Shown piece by piece: positions 58,495 to 64,000 of a stretch of DNA of 64,000 bases. The translations under genes were made by a program, and so were the position numbers. The stretch's first letter is position 1. Every line of letters begins with the position of its first letter. The stretch is from Theionarchaea archaeon (GTDB lineage Archaea; Methanobacteriota_B; Thermococci; Methanofastidiosales; SZ-28-30), in assembly GCA_018992685.1 (NCBI GenBank), contig JACVGT010000003.1, positions 13,050 through 77,049 of the forward strand, written 5' to 3'. The notes beneath the pieces were generated by a model. It made no database searches. It worked only from the letters and a program-made list of their open reading frames with translations, and was not told the origin of the DNA.

Positions 58495-60176
58495 CGTACA
58501 AGGCTCCTCGGAGACTTGCCCAGCTTCTGACAATCATTGTGGTGAGTACTGGGGCTGTGGGTATTACGTTGTACTTTGTGGTGGTGCCTTTTCTGTATGC
58601 TCCCTACCAGTATTCTTCTGTTTCCGATCCACTAAGGATTCTGCAGTTTTACATACTGGAGAACGCTATCCCATGGTTTCCCCTGGGGATTCTAGTCCTG
58701 GTATTCGCCATTTTTGGTCGGTTTTTTTGTGGGTGGGCCTGTCCTTTTGGATTCTTCCAGGACATTGTCCACGTGTTTCGAGGCATAGATCTCCCCAGAT
58801 CACTGCACAGTGTCATGACAAACGTGAAGTACGGTGTGCTGGTGGGAGTGTTTGCGGTGTGCTACTACACGGGAACTCCCTACTTTGATCGAATCAACCC
58901 TTTTGGTACGCTGGTAGCTGCAATTCCCCGCATGCTGGTGGTGGGATTTGCTGTGGACACCTGGATTATCATCCGGCTGACCATATTCTTCTTACTACTG
59001 ATTTCATTTCTGTTTGTACACCGGTTCTGGTGCCGGTATTTATGTCCGGTGGGAGCCATGGCCGCAATCTTCAACAAGATTTCCCCCTTTCACCTCCAGT
59101 TTGATCCCTCTCGATGCTCACGGTGTGAGGACTGTCTTGAGGTCTGTCCCACACGGGTGAACATTTTTGAAGTGGCCCGCAAGAGACCAGCAGAATGTAT
59201 TCTATGTGGTGATTGCGCAGATGCTTGTTCTCAGCAGGCGCTGTCGTTGTCATTTTCTGAAAAGGTTGTTATTGAGAGATACATTTCTCCTGAGGAATCA
59301 TATGGACCATTGCACTATCCTCTTCCCCCCACACAGTATCCACAGAGAGGCTATCCTCCAGAGGGAGAGGACAAACCCATTTCTGACGTGAGTTTGAGAA
59401 AACTGAGGGGAATCAAAGGGAGGATCATCTGTTTTTATGAAAAAGAGAAAGAGATCCCCGCGTACCTCAAAGAGATTGAGAACCTTCCCAACATACAGAG
59501 CTGGCTGGTCAACATGCAGGAAAGCATCAACCTTGTCCAGCACTATCTACTCAAAGGACCTGCCTTATATATCAATGGACGAGTCTACACCGGGGACATG
59601 GGGGAGGATGCAGTGGTGTCCTACATGGTGAAAGACTATTTCATGCTGAAAAGGCTGAACCTTGTCTTCGATACCTCACGCTGCAGGCCCTGCAAAACCA
59701 GAGATTGCATGAATGTGTGCGAGAGAATAGACGTCACATTTGAATCCAGAATCGAAGTTCATCCTCTGGCTGAGATGGACTGCTTTGCCTGCGGCGAATG
59801 TATTGTGGCCTGCAAGAGGGGGGGAGTGGGATTGGTTTATGGAGAACCCAAGATCAACTTTGAATTGAACCTTGCTCATCTTGAATCCCTCCAGGAGAAA
59901 TTGCTGGAAACAGAACCCATGACCTTGAAAGCCTTCATTGAAAGAGATTCTGTACACTGCAATAAGGTCATTACCATGATGGCTGCTCTTGCTTTCCTGT
60001 CCAGAGGAAGAATCAGCTTTGAGCTAATCGATGCCCTAGAAGAACCTGAGAGGGCGAAAATTCACGAAATTAATTTCCTGCCAACGATTGTGGTGGGGCA
60101 ATTCAAGACCCTGGGAGTCCCCACAGAGGGATCGCTGGTGCTCCTGATTAGAAGAAATGCAAGGTGGAAGGCATGA
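58491..60176 (+). CDS. NapH/NosR-like membrane polyferredoxin (4Fe-4S binding)
   Basis: TM region with the GWACPFGFFQD motif (NapH/MauN/NosR-type), followed by four CxxCxxC(xxx)CP ferredoxin motifs (CSRCEDCLEVCP, CILCGDCADAC, CRPCKTRDCMNVCE, CFACGECIVACK). Confidence 0.65.
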   Translation: MTYKAPRRLAQLLTIIVVSTGAVGITLYFVVVPFLYAPYQYSSVSDPLRILQFYILENAIPWFPLGILVLVFAIFGRFFCGWACPFGFFQDIVHVFRGIDLPRSLHSVMTNVKYGVLVGVFAVCYYTGTPYFDRINPFGTLVAAIPRMLVVGFAVDTWIIIRLTIFFLLLISFLFVHRFWCRYLCPVGAMAAIFNKISPFHLQFDPSRCSRCEDCLEVCPTRVNIFEVARKRPAECILCGDCADACSQQALSLSFSEKVVIERYISPEESYGPLHYPLPPTQYPQRGYPPEGEDKPISDVSLRKLRGIKGRIICFYEKEKEIPAYLKEIENLPNIQSWLVNMQESINLVQHYLLKGPALYINGRVYTGDMGEDAVVSYMVKDYFMLKRLNLVFDTSRCRPCKTRDCMNVCERIDVTFESRIEVHPLAEMDCFACGECIVACKRGGVGLVYGEPKINFELNLAHLESLQEKLLETEPMTLKAFIERDSVHCNKVITMMAALAFLSRGRISFELIDALEEPERAKIHEINFLPTIVVGQFKTLGVPTEGSLVLLIRRNARWKA

Positions 60177-60727
60177 AAACGGTGGTGGGCATTACAGGTG
60201 CTTCAGGAACGATCTATGGGATCAGGCTTCTGCAGGTCTTGCCGGGTGAGAAGTTCGTGGTGGTTACTGAAAATGGGAAGGCCCTGATCACTGAGGAAAC
60301 TCAGTATTGTCTTGAGGACATTAAGGGCATGGGGACGGTTTATGAAGATCATGAACTGGATGCTCCCTTCTCCTCAGGGAGTTTTCTCTTTGACAGCCTG
60401 GTGGTGGCCCCTTGTTCGACCTCAACATTATCCAAGATTGCCTGTGGAATTTCAGATACACTGATTACCCGATGTGCATCCGTGGCTCTCAAGGAGCGGA
60501 GAACCCTGGTGCTCGTTCCCCGGGAAACACCACTGAGCACAGTCCTGCTGCAGAACATGGCAAAGTTGTCCATGCAGGGAGCTTCCATCCTGCCTGCCAT
60601 GCCTGCTTTCTATCAAAAGCCTCAGACAGTGAAAGACATGGTTGATTTCGTGGTGGGAAAGATCCTGGATCAACTAGGAGTAGAACACCAGCTGTTTCAA
60701 CGATGGAATCCTCTCAAAGTTCCCTGA
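60173..60727 (+). CDS. ubiX: UbiX family flavin prenyltransferase (prenyl-FMN synthase)
   Basis: N-terminal MKTVVGITGASGTIYGIRLL; about 185 aa. The ATG at 60173 overlaps the upstream stop. Confidence 0.75.
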   Translation: MKTVVGITGASGTIYGIRLLQVLPGEKFVVVTENGKALITEETQYCLEDIKGMGTVYEDHELDAPFSSGSFLFDSLVVAPCSTSTLSKIACGISDTLITRCASVALKERRTLVLVPRETPLSTVLLQNMAKLSMQGASILPAMPAFYQKPQTVKDMVDFVVGKILDQLGVEHQLFQRWNPLKVP

Positions 60728-60985
60728 GGATGACACAGGCAGAATTCTGACTGGGACAGATCTGGTAGGTCCCGCTCACTTGGATCATGGACAAATGAGT
60801 CCTGGAGCAGCTCTCTCATGTTTTCCTGGAAGGTTCAATCGTACTATTTCAGGAGATTTATGAAGGAAAACCATCTTATTTTCTATTTGGAATTCATTTC
60901 TTGTCTTTTCTCAGCACTATTCTCCTCTGCTCCTTCTTTCTACTCGTATCGTAACCTTTATATAATTCAGAGAACACCTTCAGGT

Positions 60986-61849
60986 ATGAAGACTGCTCTC
61001 CTCATGGGTATTCTTACAGGCCTCCTTATGGCTACAGGCTACATCATCGGGATGGTGGTGGGCATTGATCCCTTCATCATGGTGACGGTTGCATTTGCTC
61101 TGGCCATGGCGCTGAATCTTGTGTCCTACTGGTATTCAGATAGAATTGTCTTGAAAATGTATGGAGCAGATACTGTTTCTGAGAATATTGCTCCTGAACT
61201 GTATTCCATGATCTCCCAGCTCGCTCTGAAAGCAGGAGTTCCCACACCCAAGATTGCCATCATCAACAGTGAGACTCCCAATGCTTTTGCCACAGGACGG
61301 AACCCTGACAATGCCGTGGTGGCAGTAACAAGTGGTGCTCTCAGCTTGCTGCGCAGAGAGGAGTTGGAAGCAGTACTGGCTCATGAACTGGGCCACATCA
61401 AGAACAAGGACATGTTCATCTCAACAGTAGCTGCTGTTCTTGCAGGAACTATTGGATATTTGGGATTCATGGGGCGCATGATGCTGTGGACCAGAGGGTC
61501 ACGGAGGGATTCTGGTTATGAACAGCTTATTGGAGTAGTGCTTCTTGCTGTTTTCATTCCTCTGGCAGCTTTGATGATCCGTCTGGCCATTTCACGCGGC
61601 CGCGAATATCAGGCAGATGAAAGTGGAGCCGTCATTTCTGGAAACCCCAATGCACTGGCAGATGCACTGATCCGCATAGAAGACGTGGTCGCCCGCAGGC
61701 CCCTCAGGCAGGGAAGCCCTGCCACAGCCCACCTGTTCATTGTCAATCCGTTCAAGGCAGATAGCCTCATCCAATTACTGTCTACCCATCCTACCACGGC
61801 TTCACGGGTAAAAAGGCTGCGGGAATTGGCGCAGACTCCCTACCGATAG
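60986..61849 (+). CDS. htpX: Protease HtpX (M48 family)
   Basis: HELGHIKNKD zinc motif, 4 TM segments, and the N-terminus MKTALLMGILTGLL typical of HtpX. Confidence 0.8.
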   Translation: MKTALLMGILTGLLMATGYIIGMVVGIDPFIMVTVAFALAMALNLVSYWYSDRIVLKMYGADTVSENIAPELYSMISQLALKAGVPTPKIAIINSETPNAFATGRNPDNAVVAVTSGALSLLRREELEAVLAHELGHIKNKDMFISTVAAVLAGTIGYLGFMGRMMLWTRGSRRDSGYEQLIGVVLLAVFIPLAALMIRLAISRGREYQADESGAVISGNPNALADALIRIEDVVARRPLRQGSPATAHLFIVNPFKADSLIQLLSTHPTTASRVKRLRELAQTPYR

Positions 61850-61871
61850 ACCAAACCTTTATATTCTTCAA

Positions 61872-63137
61872 ATGCTATTCCCCCCTATGAAAGTCCCCTA
61901 CGGCAGCAAATTGGCCTTGTACCGCCTGCCTGACATGTCGCTGGCAGACATTGTGAAAAGGGCTGCTCAGGAAAAGGTGACTGGATATATCAGGGTGACG
62001 ACAGAGAAAGAGGAACTCGTTGATTTCTACATCTTCCTCTTGAGAGGAGATGTTGTAGGTGGGTATTCAGAATCTGGCAAGGAACAGGTGTTCGGTGACC
62101 CTGCATATACTGGTGCTTTTTACCCCTTTGACAAAGGATTAGTTGACGTGAGGGGTCTGGGGGAGTCGGTGGTGTCTCTGCTGGCAGGTAACTATCCTGA
62201 AATGGCAGTGAGTACCTCTACCATACCCGACATTCCTGAGGAGGAACGCGTGCCGGAAGACACCCGATACCTGGTGATAGCAAACATGAGGATACCACAG
62301 GGTGATCTGCTGGACTTTCAGTTGGCTGTCCATGTTACTGATTTCTGGGAGCTCCTTGATGATCTTGAACAGCGTGCCCTCACTGGATATTTCAGAATTT
62401 TTGCAGAAGAAGATGAAGCTCCTCGAGATGGCTGCGTGTTCTTCTCAGGAGGGAAAGCAGTGGGTGCATTGTATGAGTCAGCAGCGGAGTTGAAGTATGG
62501 AGATGAAGCTCTATTCAAAATACTGTTCATATTTTCCTTAGAGAAGGGAATTATTGATTTTCATGAGTTGAAACCCATATATCTGAAGACTGTGTTGAAG
62601 TATTCTGCCCTCAAGCTGTCTGGAACTCCTCAGGAGGTCTTCCACCGTATAGAAGAGGAGGAACTGGAAGCCATAACAAAGGTCCGCTCTTACTTTGGGA
62701 TTCCAGAGGGAGACCAGGTTATTTCTACCCATGTACGAGAGCTGGCTGCCCTGGAAATTCTGCTCCGGACTCTCAAGGACAGAGGAATCGAAGGATATCT
62801 GGTGCTGTCCTCACACAGAGGGGCGGGTATCATGATTGTTCAGGGAGGTCTTCCTCGCGCTGCATTCCACCAGTCAGGCGACAGAGAATTGCAGGCAGGG
62901 AAAGCTCTGGAGGCATTCATGGATCAGATCCAGGAAGAAACGAATGTCAAGATATTCACGCTCTCCCGTGAAGAAGTGGAAAAAGCCCTGAACCGCAAGG
63001 AAGCCTCTATCAGGGATTCAGACTCTGTGAGCGAGGCCATTGTGCATGAACTGGGAGAAGATCTCTTCATTGAAATCAAGGAAGCTCACCGGTTCAAAGC
63101 AGAGTTTGAAAGGCGGAGGAAGAAGGTCAGTGATTAG
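61872..63137 (+). CDS. Protein with three tandem DUF4388-like domains
   Basis: Three repeats of the pattern hydrophobic-GY(I/F/L)R(I/V) ... G ... V(V/A)(G/L)(G/A)(Y/F/H): VTGYIRV..GDVVGGY, LTGYFRI..GKAVGALY, IEGYLVL..GLPRAAFH. Confidence 0.45.
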   Translation: MLFPPMKVPYGSKLALYRLPDMSLADIVKRAAQEKVTGYIRVTTEKEELVDFYIFLLRGDVVGGYSESGKEQVFGDPAYTGAFYPFDKGLVDVRGLGESVVSLLAGNYPEMAVSTSTIPDIPEEERVPEDTRYLVIANMRIPQGDLLDFQLAVHVTDFWELLDDLEQRALTGYFRIFAEEDEAPRDGCVFFSGGKAVGALYESAAELKYGDEALFKILFIFSLEKGIIDFHELKPIYLKTVLKYSALKLSGTPQEVFHRIEEEELEAITKVRSYFGIPEGDQVISTHVRELAALEILLRTLKDRGIEGYLVLSSHRGAGIMIVQGGLPRAAFHQSGDRELQAGKALEAFMDQIQEETNVKIFTLSREEVEKALNRKEASIRDSDSVSEAIVHELGEDLFIEIKEAHRFKAEFERRRKKVSD

Positions 63138-63177
63138 AAAGAGAACACTTCGAAACCATCGTTCATGACAGCAGTTG

Positions 63178-64000
63178 CTATTTGAATGCCAGTTTTATCA
63201 ATGGTGGTGTAATGAAGGTGGTTACCAGCACTATGGCCACTGTCAGTGAATAAACCAGAGATGAGATGACACCAGCTGTCAGCCCCATGGACGCGATGAT
63301 CAGCGCCACTTCCAGGCGAGGGACCATTCCAACGCCAACCTGCAGAGCTTCACGTGGAGAAAGACCTCCCACAACCGCCAGGATTCCTGATCCCAGAACC
63401 TTGCCTCCAATGGCTGCAACCACCACCAGGACTGCCATTCCCAGCATGGTGATCTCATGAAGGTTGGTATTCACACCAATGTTGACAAAGAAGAGAGGAA
63501 CAAAAAAGCCATATCCTATTGCATTGATCTTGCTCTCAACGGATTCCTTTCGGGAGCTTCTACTCATGACAATACCAGCAATAAAAGCTCCTGTGATTCC
63601 TGCTACCTGTGCTCGCTCTGCTATAACAGCCATGGACAACACGAAAATAATGGCCACAGCCAGGGACGCTTCCTGCGTTCGCATTCGTGTGACCCAGGTG
63701 TCCAGCCTATCAGAAAGCCAGAACCCTGCTTTCAAACTGACTATGAAGAACAGGGCCATGACACCAGTGAGCTCCAGGACACCCAGAACGGAGAATTCCT
63801 GATCAAGTGAAACTCCTCTCACAACGGTAAACACAATAATGCCGATGACATCGTCAATAACAGCAGCTCCCAGGATGGTCATCCCCACACTTGTGTTAAG
63901 CTTCCCGATATCCATGAGCGTTCTCACGGTAATCCCCACACTCGTTGCAGTGAGGATTGTACCCAGGAAGAGTGAATCGACTGTGTTCCATCCATACGAA
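63178..64000 (-). CDS. Cation:proton antiporter (CPA/NhaP-KefB type), C-terminal portion; the start lies beyond the window end
   Basis: Highly hydrophobic with a Na+/H+-exchanger-like TM pattern (GITGAFIAGIVMS...). The ORF reaches the window edge. Confidence 0.5.
   Translation of the reverse strand, partial: SYGWNTVDSLFLGTILTATSVGITVRTLMDIGKLNTSVGMTILGAAVIDDVIGIIVFTVVRGVSLDQEFSVLGVLELTGVMALFFIVSLKAGFWLSDRLDTWVTRMRTQEASLAVAIIFVLSMAVIAERAQVAGITGAFIAGIVMSRSSRKESVESKINAIGYGFFVPLFFVNIGVNTNLHEITMLGMAVLVVVAAIGGKVLGSGILAVVGGLSPREALQVGVGMVPRLEVALIIASMGLTAGVISSLVYSLTVAIVLVTTFITPPLIKLAFK

Noticed and set aside
1-64000. CRISPR arrays, rRNA genes, IS elements/transposases
   Set aside because: On inspection no regularly spaced direct repeats, no rRNA-like conserved stretches, and no DDE/HTH transposase or terminal inverted-repeat pairs were seen.

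Overview
The window looks archaeal, probably a euryarchaeal or methanogen-like genome with about 48-50% GC. The evidence is A/T-rich TATA-box-like elements about 25-35 nt upstream of start codons, tRNAs without an encoded CCA, lipobox-type signal peptides (e.g. LATGC, LAAGC), DUF835 and DUF63 proteins, and many genes whose stop and start codons overlap. Coding density is high on both strands.

Main contents, in order along the window:
- The tail of an ABC-transporter permease pair and an MFS transporter.
- A tightly packed co-directional cluster (about 2.5-9.05 kb) encoding a flavoprotein, a DegT-type aminotransferase, a Rossmann-fold oxidoreductase, an M19 dipeptidase, a MmgE/PrpD protein and a ThiF/MoeB E1-like enzyme with an unusual C-terminal extension. 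Two tandem Lrp/AsnC regulators and tRNA-Leu(CAA) flank it.
- Two large paralogous multi-PAS/GAF sensor proteins whose output is a C-terminal DUF835 domain rather than a histidine kinase.
- tRNA-Thr(CGU) followed by a roughly 6 kb low-GC stretch (membrane and surface proteins, a GNAT protein) that looks like an island.
- A PadR plus HAAS/DUF1700 membrane protein pair.
- A secreted C25 (gingipain-like) peptidase with long non-coding flanks.
- A protein-glycosylation-like cluster (three GT4, two GT2, an AlkP-family enzyme, a SAM methyltransferase, an ICMT-family methyltransferase) interrupted by a VapBC toxin-antitoxin pair.
- Membrane-anchored hydrolases (S41, Ntn-hydrolase, DUF885) and a redox/housekeeping block (C_GCAxxG_C_C protein, thioredoxin-like lipoprotein, UppS, nitroreductase, OGG glycosylase).
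- Two paralogous GT-C-like polytopic membrane proteins.
- A glutaredoxin-like protein, a NapH-like polyferredoxin and UbiX in one operon, then HtpX, a protein made of three DUF4388 repeats, and the start of a cation/proton antiporter.

No CRISPR array, rRNA gene or clear transposase was seen. All family assignments rest on motif recognition by eye, not on searches.
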